A stretch of 64,000 nucleotides of DNA from positions 53,258,001 to 53,322,000 of the forward strand of contig OX597824.1 in assembly GCA_951406725.2 (NCBI GenBank). The letters run 5' to 3'. Positions 41,223-55,624 of the stretch are shown here, piece by piece; positions within the stretch are counted from its first letter, which is position 1, and the number at the start of each line of letters is the position of its first letter. Both the position numbers and the translations under genes were made by a program. Below the pieces are notes generated by a model. It was not told the origin of the DNA, ran no database searches, and was given only the letters and a program-made list of their open reading frames with translations. The DNA comes from Octopus vulgaris. Taxonomy: Eukaryota.

Positions 41223-43420
41223 TTTTGACATTGTTAAATTCTTCAGTATTAAGTCATAAGATTCTAATCCAAGTCACAAGATTTGAAAGACCATTACGCG
41301 ATGTTTTTTTAATATTATCATTGATAATTCATTACAACAACTTCACGCTGTTATTATGGAGATATAGACTAACATATTTAAATTTTTATACATTTCTTTA
41401 TTCAATACACTGACAATAGATGAGCTAGGGGAATCTTTAGCGCATCGGACAAATTATTCTTAATAGCAGACCTCCCTGCTCTTTACGTTTTGAGTTCAAA
41501 TCCCGACGTGAGTATCTTTGCTGTTCATCCTCTCGAAGGCGTTAAAGTAAAGTGTCAGTCAAATACTAGGCCAATGTAATCGACTGGCCCCTTCTCGTTG
41601 TATTTATTGGTATTGTTCCAAAATTTGAAGCAATTATCTATTTAATAATGATTGAAACTTATCAGATTGAATGAAATAGTGAAAAATCTAATGATCTGTT
41701 TTTGTTTGTTTGTTTTTATAGCTTTTAAGATAACAGCAATAGGTTTTCATCTATAAATTAAATTCAAAATCAAAATTGTAATACGTTTGGAAAATATGCA
41801 CATATTTCTTATGTATAAATCAATACAGATGTGCAACATACATAAAATAACGCTTTTGTTTCTATTTTCTTAAATTGTCTCCGACCAAATTATTTTCATT
41901 TCCATCTTCAACAACATTAATAATACATGATTCAAATTTTAGATACAGTCGTTAAATTTATTTATATATTTTTACTTAATTTCTCTAAGATTTTCCTCAT
42001 ATTCATGTTATCTGAAAATGATTAAACGTTTACATATGTGTGTAATAATATATGTATGTGTGTGTGTGTGAGGTGGGGGGGGGCATGCGTACATATGTAC
42101 TGTTGAGAGGTTTCAGTCTGAAATATATGCTATACACTATATATCAAAATATTATCCGTTAAGTTGTAACTTATTCAGTTTTACAGTTAATTCACGTGTA
42201 AGCAGCTTATCGAGATGAGCTATTTTGTTATCAGACATCTTGACCCTATCCAACCCCACCCAACCCCTATAGAGAGCTTAATTGTTGCTGGTGAATTCCA
42301 GTTCGACACTCGAGCAAGTTTGGGAGAAATATATCTAATATTCATGTGGTTAGATGAGATAACAAAAAGCACACTTGCGCGTTCTGAAAGAGATATGTAG
42401 GCAGAGCGTTTTTATTTAATCCCAGGTTCAAGTTCTCTTTTTGAGTAAACATGAATGAGCAAAATAAAGAGATATAGAGAGTCTTGAGTAGTAGTGTAAG
42501 TGTCTGCTTTCTTCTTCAGACTTTATTCAAAATCTTTCTACTGAGAGCTGCTGCAGAAGAGCCGGAGCTCGTCGTCTACATTCTTCAAGGTCCTTGTCTG
42601 CCATAGACCGAACAATATTTTCAATAAATATTATATCTTGGTTTCACATGATAGAAGTAAACTTTAGGTATGGGTTCTTTTAGTTTCGGAATTGATGCAA
42701 CATATCTTCTATCATGCTGTCCGGGTTATTAAGACAACGTTACTATGAATTGAATCGTAAATCGAAACAGAGACTAATAGCAAAGAGGCTCTTTATCATG
42801 TTTGGGGAATGCAGATCTACAGCATTCCTCAAGACAATGTTCTACACTGTAACATCTTCCAAGACACATCTTTTCTGGCCACCTACGAAGTATGTTACGC
42901 AGACATATCTAACAATTGTTCAGAGGTCCTTAAATGAAGTTGAATATTGTGCAGAAGCTGACAAAGATATAAATAGCTAATCGAAATTTCCCATTAATTA
43001 GTACGGGCTTTCAAATACTACAGGAAATTGAAAATAGCGCATTCTTCCATTGTTTCATGTGTAAATTTGCTTGTGCTTTGAAAATATTCAAGTATTGTGT
43101 CTTATTAATCAGAATGATAATTCTTATAAAATGGAAATACATTCAATCATTATAAAAAAAAATATCATTTCGGATTATAGAGTATAAAACATAATATTTG
43201 AGGAATATAAATTACAATGTGAAGTAATGAAAGAATACATTTATTTTCTGTTTTCCGTGGTATCTGAAACTGAGTACAAATATTCTGTGGCTATGGTTGT
43301 GAAATGTGGAATTTAAATAACGATGAAGTTCCTTATATATACTGTCTACACACATACTCATACACATACACACTGACATGCAAACATGTATAAGGATGAA
43401 AAGGAACACACGAGTTGATC

Positions 43421-43720
43421 TATATGAAGAAACAAGTCAAGATAGAAAATGCTAAAATAATTTTATAAAGAACATTTCAGTACCAGTTTCACTCATTTGA
43501 GACCTTTTTAACTGTAACAATTAAATAATTAAATTTAGAAAAATTAAAAGAAAAGTTTTTTTAAAACTTAAAACTTTTTCTTTTAAAAAACTTTTCTTTC
43601 AATTTTTCTAAATTTAATTATTTAATTGTTACAGTTGAAAAGGTCTCAAATGACTGAAACCGGTACTGAAATGTTCTTTATAAAATTACTTTAGCATTTT
43701 CTATCTTGACATGTTTCTTC

Positions 43721-43725
<5 letters not shown>
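43421..43725. repeat. Palindrome of two pLTR-like copies, each with a hammerhead variant (43478-43514 minus, 43632-43668 plus)
   Basis: ~140-bp arms. The plus copy reads CAG-TTGAAAA-GGTC(TCAAAT)GACT-GAA-ACCGGT-A-CTG and ends in (TA)n. Confidence 0.85.
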
Positions 43726-43812
<87 letters not shown>

Positions 43813-43906
43813 GCACATATATATACATATATACATGCATATATATAGGCATGTATATATATCTATAAAACATTTACTAATTTGTATATATATATATATA
43901 TATATA

Positions 43907-45615
43907 GTGAGAATTTACAAAAAATAAAAAGACGAAGACGGGTGTGTAAACAACAAACAGGTGTATTAGTTTAACGCTCGGGAAGGGAAAATGTCTTTTA
44001 CGTTTCGAGCCTACGCTCTTCTACAGAAAGGAACACAGAAATAAACAGGGAGAGAAAATAGAAAAGGTTTAGTGGCTAGCGATCTATCATAGGAAGAAAG
44101 AATGATAATAAAGTAGTGGTCATTCCAAAATGAAGGTGCGCGTGCATGTGTATGTGAGAGCGTGTATTTGTGTGTGGAAGAGGACTGGTGACCTTGTTGT
44201 GTGCGTGTGTGCATGTGTAGGTGTGTGGATGATGGTGTGGGTGCTGGAAAGTGGTCAGTGCTAGTGTGTGCACTGGTGTGGTTGCTGGGAAGTGGTCAGT
44301 GCTAGTGTGTGCGGGATGGTCTGATGTGGTGTGGTGAAGTATGGTGGTGTGTGGTGTGGTAGTGTGATGGTGTGGTGTGGTGTGGTGTGGTGGTGTTGGG
44401 TGTGGGGGAGGCGAGAGTGGGGGAAGCAAGGGTGGCGTCTAAGGGATGGGGTGGGGTGGAATGAGATGAATAGGGATGGTGGGGTTGGAAAGTGTAGGGG
44501 TGGGTAACGAGGGAGGGTAAGGATGAAGAGAGAGGGTAGAATGGAGAAGGTGGATAGGAGAGAAGAGAGGAAGTAGGTGCCAGAGCAAAAGAGGAGAGGT
44601 GAGTAGGAAGAAGTGTAAGAGGAAGAGAGGAGAGAAGAGGAAGGTTAGATGAAGAAGGGAGAGGAGTTGAGCCCATGTGTCGCAAAGGAGCGAAGAGAGA
44701 AGATTAATCCTTGCTCACAGCGAAGACGGAAGTCTTGATGGCTCCTGTGCAAAGACAATCCGTACACAGACAGGTGTTGTACATAATGACCGGTAGAGCG
44801 GAAATGACGCGAGACCGGGATGTCGTTGACGAGTCCAATGTCTCGGAAGTGTTCCACGGGCCGGTCAGCTAAACGGCGTCCCGTTTGACCTATGTATAGA
44901 GAAGGACAGGGAGAGCAGGTGATGCTAAAAGTGCAGATGAAGGAGTCAGTGCAGATGATATGGTCGATGATGGCTGTCTGTTAGGGGGTTGGTGTTGGAG
45001 AGGTAAGGGCAAGTGCAGCAGCGTGGGCGGGAGCAGGGGAATGAGCCGGGTTAGGAGGCTGGGTTAGGGAAGAAGCTGTGGACCAAGCGTTCTCATAGAT
45101 TGTGGGCTTGTTTGAAGGAGGGGAGGAGTCGGTTAGGGAAGATGTGCGAAGTGGAGGGGTCGGACTGGAGTCGCCGGGAATCTCGGAAAATGGTGCGTTG
45201 GAGAGGTAGAGTGGTGGGGGTTAAGGGGGAAGAGCAGATGCACGGTTTATGGAACGTGCTCTGGCAAGGGGGTGTAGATAGTGGTGAGGGGATATCCACG
45301 AAGGATGAATTGGCGAGCCATGAGTTGAGACTGAGTCTCAAAGTCATAGTCGTCACTGCAGAGCCTGCGTAGACGGAGGAATTGGGAATAGGGGATAGAG
45401 AGCTTGGTGTGTTTAGGGTGGGAGGAGAAGTTGAGGTATGAGTGTGAGTTTGTGTGTTTGTAGTGGATGGAGGTGATGAAAGTGGAGTGATGAATGCTGA
45501 CCAAAATGTCAAGAAAGGCGACTGAGGTGTCGGAAATAGTGCAGAAGTGGAGGGCAATATGGAAAGATTTGACAAAAGAGAGGAAGGAGTCTAGATGTTC
45601 GCGGGAGAGTGAGGT
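43907..45615 (-). mobile_element. Neptune-type PLE copy (RT C-terminus to 3' end) with hammerhead variant at 43995-44030 (core CUGUAGA)
   Basis: HYKHTNSHSYLNFSSHPKHTKLSIPYSQFLRLRRLCSDD and EHFRDI...VSRHFRSTGH match copy 1; ends in (TA)n. Confidence 0.95.
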
Positions 45616-45794
45616 AACAATGAAACCGAGTTTGTGATTAATCTTTATATTTTGTATATTTTCATTTGTCTTGCTCGCTTACGTTCTGACGTTTGCTGAA
45701 TTTTCTTGAGAACAATCTTTTCTTAATGGTCAGACCATATGGGGTCTACCTCTAGCGTAATGGATGTTCACTTAGTATTTATCCCTCTTATATA

Positions 45795-46530
45795 GTTGAA
45801 ATTTATAGAAAAACAAAAGACGAAGACAGATGTATGAACAACAAGCCGGATGTAATAATTTGACGCTCGGGAAAATGAAAAAGTCTTTTATATTTCGAGC
45901 CTACACTCTTCAACAGAAAGATATAAGAGAAAGTAAACAGAGGTATTTGATGGTGTTATCAATGAAGAGAGGATGTAGATAGGAGGGAAGAGAAGTGGTA
46001 GCTGTAAGATGAAGAGAGGAGGGGATTTGAGCCCATGTGACGCAAAGGCACGAAGAAAGAATATTAATTCCTGTTCACGGCGATGGTCCCCTGTGCAAAG
46101 ACAGTCCGAACACAGACAGATGTTGTACTGAATGACCGGTAGAGCGGAAATGGTACGAGACCGGGGTGTCATTGCCGACTCTGATGTCTCGGAGGTGCTC
46201 CGCGAACCGGTCAGCCAAGAAGCGTCCCTTTTGACCGATGTACAAAGAAGGGCAGAAAGAACAGGAGATGCACTAAATGACGTTACTAGGAATGCAGGTA
46301 AAGGAATCAGTGATGTGATTGGGAAGATGATGGGTGCTTGTGAGGATGGTGGTGTTGGGGAGGTAGGGGCATGTACGATAGCGTGGGAAGTGGCGTTAGG
46401 GGAGAAACTAAGGACCATGAAGTCACGCAGGTTATGGACCTCCGGAAGGATCAGAGAATGGTGCGTTGGAGGGGCAGGGTAGAGGGATGGTAGGCTTAGT
46501 ATGGGTAGGGTGTTAGGAGGAGAAGTTAAG

Positions 46531-46533
<3 letters not shown>
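45795..46533 (-). mobile_element. Older, internally deleted Neptune-type PLE fragment with hammerhead variant at 45885-45920 (core CUGUUGA)
   Basis: GIY-YIG remnants and REQELIFFLRAFASHGL; same 3' terminus as the other copies. Confidence 0.85.
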
Positions 46534-48340
<1,807 letters not shown>

Positions 48341-48347
48341 TAATAAC

Positions 48348-48412
<65 letters not shown>

Positions 48413-48634
48413 GTAGGTGTAAATACATGAACAAAATAAACAGAAACAAATTACACGAACGTGTATAAACAGGAGATACAAATATTACAGGCACTTTCCC
48501 ACACACACACTAACTAAACTTAGACACACATAGAGGTATACGCATGCGCAAATAAGGCAATAGGAATACAAAATACAAAATGGCTGACCGTTAGTAAGGA
48601 GAGACACACAAATAACAAAGAAGAAAGCAAAGGA

Positions 48635-48674
48635 CCACTGACGAGGTCACAGAAGTGTGACGAAAAAACTCTGG
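48635..48674 (+). ncRNA. Minimal type I hammerhead in a short insert between (TAA)n and (TATG)n
   Basis: CCA-CTGACGA-G-GTCAC(AGAAGT)GTGAC-GAAA-AAAC-TC-TGG. Confidence 0.65.
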
Positions 48675-49467
48675 CCGAAATAAGATTAAGATTAATGTAA
48701 AAAATAAAGCTGTACGTATGTATGTATGTATGTATTATGTATGTATGTATGTATGTATGTATGTATGTATGTATGTATGTATGTATGTATGTATGAATGT
48801 ATGTATGTATGAATGTATGCATTTAAATGTGTCGGTATATGTGTATCTATAAATGCATTTATTGTTTTTTATATATTACTCTTTCGCAGTGTTGTTTATA
48901 TAGTCATATTGGCCTTCTTAATGTCTCCGGCTAAATCTTGTGTATCATGTAAAAAGTTGTCAGTAAATTAAATTGATTTTTCAACAAACTTTAACGTCAT
49001 ATCGATATTAGCCACCGTTTCGTATCCGCCATTTTATTTCGTTATCTAACGAGTTTTTTACTGAGTTACCGCTTTTTTATGATGCTAGTAATTACGCCAG
49101 ATGATTACATTCGTCTCAATCTATTGACCATTTGTAGTTTTCTTGTGGTTTAGGTCTGCTATTCTCCGATGTCATGGTCAGTCTATGCTCATGGATACAA
49201 CACGCATACGCACACTCACACTCACAAACAAGACTATACACACATAAGTAAATATGCATAAACATTCAAAAACACTCTAAAAATGTATAATCAAATACAT
49301 CTTTCTGTTTATAGAAAATAAATCATCGAAGTTACTTTCTTAGATACACCACACGCGCGAAAACCATTAGTTGAATTTCATATATAAGCATACATGTATA
49401 CATACACACACACACACGCACACACACACACACAAACACAAATACTCACACACACAAGCACACATAC

Positions 49468-49540
<73 letters not shown>

Positions 49541-49567
49541 AGCGGAGGTAACTCATGATATACTTTG

Positions 49568-49832
49568 AATTAATTCTGAGGTGTTCTGTGAAGTATAGCT
49601 TCAACTTACTGGTAGAAGTGAAGAACGAATTACTAAATTTGTACCTTCATTGTCGTAAGCTCAAGAAGGCAACAATAGTTAAATTAGTGTTAAAATATTT
49701 AATGAGTTAAGTATTCAAAATCGTGATGAAATCATTACCATGTTTGTCTACTTAACTATGTTTTTCTCTGTTTAGCTCAATACATCCTATGACGTTTGTC
49801 CGAACGATCAGGCGTACTTTTCTATATACATG

Positions 49833-49902
<70 letters not shown>

Positions 49903-50213
49903 GCGTGCGCTCTTCCTCTCTCTCACTTCCTCTTTCACACTTCGTTTCTTTCTCGCCTTTCTTCTTTCTCCCCTTTTCTTCCTACTCTCCCTCTCCTCTT
50001 TCTTCCCCTCTCTTCTTTCTTCCCCTCTCTTCTTTCTCCCCTCTTTTTTTTCTCCCTCTCTGTCACCCACTCTCTTTCAGTTTCTTATCACATACTTCTC
50101 TGACTTAATGGATTCTCTTTGTTTACGACAATGAAGGTACGAATTTAGTAATTCGTTCTTCACTTCTACCAGTAAGTTGAAGCTATACTTCACAGAAGAG
50201 CTCAGAATTAATT
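49568..50213. repeat. Inverted repeat with ~92-bp arms enclosing a (CT)n/pyrimidine tract
   Basis: 49568-49660 is the reverse complement of 50121-50213 with few mismatches. Confidence 0.9.
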
Positions 50214-51229
50214 TATGTTTACGTATATTTATCCACTTTTTGTGTAAACAGCAACCGGGTCTACATATATTTCTTTCTATAACAACCTATTTATGCTTAT
50301 AGAGACTCCCTCTCCTGGCAGGTACACTCCCCAATCTGAACATGTATATTATCTTTTTGTTGATATACATCTCTCTATGTATTCATACATTCCCTAGATG
50401 TCGTCTACAGCTATCTTTACTTGTTGTGAGAGAAGTGGCATAGCCTCACTTTCTCTGTTCATAAAACTTCTACCTTTCCTCTTGTCTGTTTGTTTTTGTA
50501 TTGTATTTCATTCATTCACTTATTCTTCCCTTAATGTTTTCATTTTTGGCCCGTTTCCGTTTCTTTCTTACTTGTTCTCTCAATATGTATGACTTGTTCT
50601 TTCTATTTTTACTCCTCTTCATTGCATTTAATTAAACGTATAAATATCTCTTTTTGGTTCTCTTTCTTCCTACCCTTTCTTTATACTAGACAATTTATAT
50701 TAGTGTATGCCTTTTCACTCCATATCTCCTATGTGAGTTTATTCTTCTCTTCATTATATCCTTTTTCAGTATATTTCCTATATAAATATGGGAAATATTT
50801 ATATGACACTCTTTCTTTAACCTAATATTTATTCTACATTTAAGTATGATTCTTTTCCCCTTGCTTGTCCCTTTTTCTTCATCTGTTTCATCTACCTTTA
50901 AAGAATATTCAAATCACTGCGTGACACAATAACATTACGTTGGATTTTCATCAATATAAAAATATCATAAACATCTCACACTCACACGCACACACGCACA
51001 CGCGCACACACACAGACATACATACACATATATATATATATAAAAAGTCAAGAGTTTACTCCAACATCATTCAGTCATACACGCACACTTACAAGATATA
51101 TGTTTGTGATCTTTCAGATGATATAGCAGATACACTTGAATGATTCCGTTAGGGCACTTCTAAAGTGCACATGATAATATACTATTGGTTTTGGAAACAT
51201 CAACAAATATACATCAGCAAATAATTTGC

Positions 51230-51897
51230 TTGCTGATTTCTATGAACAAAAGGTACCATTCTTATTGTTTAAAGTTGGTTAAATTTGTTGAAGATTGCGG
51301 AACTACTCTTCTTGCGCTATGGCGGTGTCGAAGAAGACAACTTAGTTCGAGGTTTGAAAACAGAAATTTTGAAACATTTCTAAGAGGAACCATCGGCGAT
51401 GGCGGCCAGTAAGACAACAAAATTGATCGCCGTTAAGGAGATGTCACAGGTTAATTCACGATCTTGAACTTTTCAACTTGGCAAATAGTTATTCATAAGG
51501 GTATAGAGTAGTTTCAAGAATAATTTTCTTGTTATTGTGAGATACAGCTATCTCTGGTCTTTCAGTTCCAGAGGAATTTTGAGAAAGTTGGAATTTTCCT
51601 CTTGAAATTGTTCGGTTGTTTGGCATACGACTTCTTTTGATTTGAAATGAAGACAGATTTTTGACAATTATAAGTAGGCTGATAAGTTGGTAGCTGATTG
51701 GGAGATATATGTGTTTACATTATTTGAAGCTATATTGAAATTGTAATATTTAGAAAATGAGCTTGTTCTTACAGGACAAGTGAATTGAAAAGATTATGGC
51801 GTGTATGCGTGGGTACAAAACGTGATCTTAAATTCCAGACAATGCATAATGCACACACATTGCCCATGGCAAATTCACCGTTCTTCATTGTCGATTT

Positions 51898-51900
<3 letters not shown>
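51230..51900 (-). pseudogene. Decayed PLE RT fragment abutting (TA)n
   Basis: Minus-strand KNGEFAMGN and HFLNITISI resemble the PLE G.AMG and FLD..I.. motifs. Confidence 0.5.
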
Positions 51901-51954
<54 letters not shown>

Positions 51955-51984
51955 TATATAGAGAGAGAGAGAGAGATACACACA

Positions 51985-52420
51985 TACAGCAGAAAAGCCA
52001 TCTACTCTCTCTGTCCTTAAAGTTACTTATTCCTCACACCCACCTTTCTTTCCCTTCCTCGGCGTTTTAAAAGTTAGTTATGTGTGTATGCATGCGTGAG
52101 TGTATGCCTATGTCTATGTATTTACGAAAGTATGTATGCAGTGTCGCGTGCATATCTGTGAATGACAACTGTATTAACGTTTTCATCTCACTGCCGCTCC
52201 ATATTTGTCGCTTACACAACGCTGTTCTCCCTTTCCTTGATATCAGCCACACCCACTCTGCCACCATATTTCCATCACACTGACACTCCTTGCACCCTCC
52301 TCTTGAACTGGATGTTAGTTTAACATGTATGCAAAGTTTCGTCAAGATTGGCTTACTGGTGCAGGGAACAAGATGGTAACAGACAGATCGACAGACAGAA
52401 ATTGCCATTTATGTATAAGA
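51985..52420 (-). mobile_element. Helitron-like 5' portion
   Basis: A|TCTTATACATAAATGGCAATTTCTGTCTGTC...CCAATCTTGACGAAACTTTGCATAC has the same architecture as the ends at 8443 and 33959. The left boundary is uncertain. Confidence 0.5.
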
Positions 52421-52741
52421 TTGCTTTCTTTTGTTTTGTAGTTATTTTGCTATGTTTACAATAATCTTTCTGAGGGGCGGATTTGGGGAGAAAAAAATCA
52501 ATTTTCATTATGTCGTTAGACGATAGAATAAAATGAACATATTTTTAACAACCGGCATTGTTGTCAAATCCCAATAGGAGAAGACCTCCAAAACGCTCAG
52601 TAACTGTTCTTGAGGGAAATAAAAATCAAAATCAAAATTACTTTTTTTAGTTACACTTGTAAAATATCGAGAAACACCGGAATTTTAGCACGTTAGACTA
52701 AAGTCTGCATCAAAGAAGAAGAAGAAGAAGAAGCAGCAGCT

Positions 52742-52832
<91 letters not shown>

Positions 52833-53362
52833 AGTAAAGTATAATAAGAACAGTAAAGAAAACGAGTGGAAATAAAATTCTATAAAGAATAGCTTAAAAT
52901 AAAACCAAGCTCGAACCAATTCAAACTAAACCAAACCAACCAAACAAGTATCTATAAAAACAAAAAAATACAAGAAAACATACTTGAAAATGAATGTGTT
53001 AGTATTTGATTGTGAATGTTTAGCGTGAGTGTATATTTGTGTGTACGTATATGTGTACATATACATATATTCATACATAAATACATGTGTGTGTGTGTGT
53101 GTGTGCTCGTGTGTATATGTGTAAAAGTATGGCTGTGTGAATGTGTAACAACTAAAGAAGACACGTTCGGATAAAAGATAACACTAGAAATAATGAAAAT
53201 ACAATAAAACAATCACTAAAAAACAAAAGAGGAACTGACGTTAAACAAAATAGCTGGAAGCAAACATCAGTAAAACTAACAACCCAAAAAAATATCAACT
53301 ACCAAATAGCAAAAGAATTAATAATAATAATAATCATAATAATAGTCATAAATAATAATAGT

Positions 53363-53452
<90 letters not shown>

Positions 53453-53467
53453 GATGATGATGATGAC

Positions 53468-53549
<82 letters not shown>

Positions 53550-54550
53550 GTTTTTCGGAGAATATTGAACTTTCTGCAAATTGGCACGAAATTAAATGAA
53601 TCACTAAAAGTATATAAATTAGTTTCATGAAGTGTAGGCTATTGTTATCCCCAATATGTTATTACCCCTATATATTATTGTTAACAACCCCTATATATGT
53701 TGTTACTACCCCTCATATCTCGTTGTTACCCCCTGCATCATTTCACCAGCCTATTTCCTTTCTTCAACCCACCTCATCTTCATGCTTTTTCCCCCCTTCT
53801 TTCCTTTTCTTCATATATTTTTCTTTCTTCTCTCCATCCTCACTACATCACCCTTCCCCCAAACATCAATAATTTCTTTCTAAAAATACATCAGATGTTG
53901 ACACAATAAAGACAAGCACACAAACATATTTATATCCAACCTCATACAAATATCTGCATCCCTTGAGTGTGTGTGTAATGTGCTGTGTTTGGATGTGTAT
54001 ATGTGTTTTTATGTATGTGTTTAGTGTGTATATGTACATTCATGCATGTACAAACACACACATTCACAAACTCAGACGTATTAACACTCAAACACACACA
54101 CTCGAACTCACGCACTCAGAAACACGCACATTCATGCATATGTTTCTACCACACACTCAAATATATTTGATATCCATACGTTGAACATCATTGAATGTGG
54201 GTAAAATCTCATCCTTGCGAGTTTGTGATTTGCCTTTGATTCTTAAAGGAATCTCTTATGTCCTTAATGAACTCAGGAGGGGGATGGATCTTAAAAATCA
54301 TGCGTTTATTTTACTTTGAAGAAATTTATGGATATCTTTCATTGCCAGTAATGAAACGATTTATTGGAAAATACGTGACATGTATAATCACGATGTGTAT
54401 GTGTGTGTGTGTGCGTGTGGGGGGGGGGCTGATTAGCAAAATATCACCACCCATGTGATAAACATAGGCATTTTGTCCTTCTGAGTAAAGCATTTCCCGT
54501 CCAGTCTTTCTCATATAGGTACTCAAAGTTTGTTACACCTTACGAAACAG

Positions 54551-54999
54551 GGATCTTTTCGGTTTGAACGGCAGTTTTTTCTAGCGGCGTCATATGAAAT
54601 TGTCACCTATAATTATGACCCTAGTATTGATCTATTGCATTTCAATCTGTTTTAGGGTTAGGGTTAGTTAGGGTTAGTTAGGGTTAGGGTAAGGGTTAGG
54701 GGTGGGGGGAAGGGTATCTTTTTTTCTTCACAAATGTAAATAAACCCAATCTGTTTCTTAAACGAGGGACATATTCATACGGCACAGAATGTTTTTTACC
54801 TTAATTGACGTTAGTGATTGGTTGAAATTGCAGAAATTAAAGAAAAAAAACAACAAATATTTTACAAACTATAGAATTTTCTCAATAAATCCAAGAGAAA
54901 AAGATGTTTTATAAACACATTCTACCAGTATACGATGTTTAAAATTTTTTAGTTACCTAGAAATTATGTTAAAAACTGCCGTTCAAACCGAAAAGATCC
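54551..54999. mobile_element. Merlin-like MITE monomer (449 bp) with internal (TTAGGG)n and 8-bp TSD CGAAACAG
   Basis: 28-bp TIR starting GG; TSD at 54543-54550 and 55000-55007; TTAGGG-like tract at ~54652-54701. Confidence 0.9.
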
Positions 55000-55624
55000 C
55001 GAAACAGTAAACACGTTTCTTAACCATTCCTTTCTGCCAGTGTTTTCCCCCAGATATCAGCCTGCACCAATTGAAGCTAAACACCAACCACACCTTACAT
55101 ATCTATTACTTGTCCTCTTCCCCCTCTTCAGTTATCATCCGTCTCGCCTGCGCCTTCTTACTGATTAATGCTTTTGCTTCACTCAAGAACACTGAAAGCT
55201 GAACATTAAGTGAAATCGTTCTCATCACAATTTGAAGCCGAGAAAAGGCTATCGATTCCTCTTCAACGCTTGTTCAGCACAACCCGTTATGATTTAGAAA
55301 TTAAATATTTTAACCTTTATAAGCAGTATGGAGGTAGTGAAACGAAGTTGTGAAACCATCTAGCCATCTTAACTTATCCACAGTCATACACCTAACTCTA
55401 TTTCTTTCTTAGGACGCCACTGATGTCAAAAGCTTCAATAGAAAATTAAATTAGTGTTTTCCCGTCTCTTCATAGTCTTCTCGACCAAAATTTATCTTGT
55501 ATTTAGCAGCTGATAAGCGTCCTACTGGGTATAATGCTAGTCTGCTGCAAAAAAAACATTGCTAACCAATAAACCAATCGCAAATTTCAGATTGCAGTCA
55601 CTAACTAGAGTGAAGGCTTATAAT

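Noticed and set aside
42551-42578. CTGCAGA-A-GAGC(CGGA)GCTC, resembling the Neptune hammerhead 5' half
   Set aside because: GAAA and stem I are absent; it may be chance.
54652-54701. TTAGGG tract as a true telomere or chromosome fusion scar
   Set aside because: It is short, degenerate and internal to a TSD-flanked MITE present at two loci.
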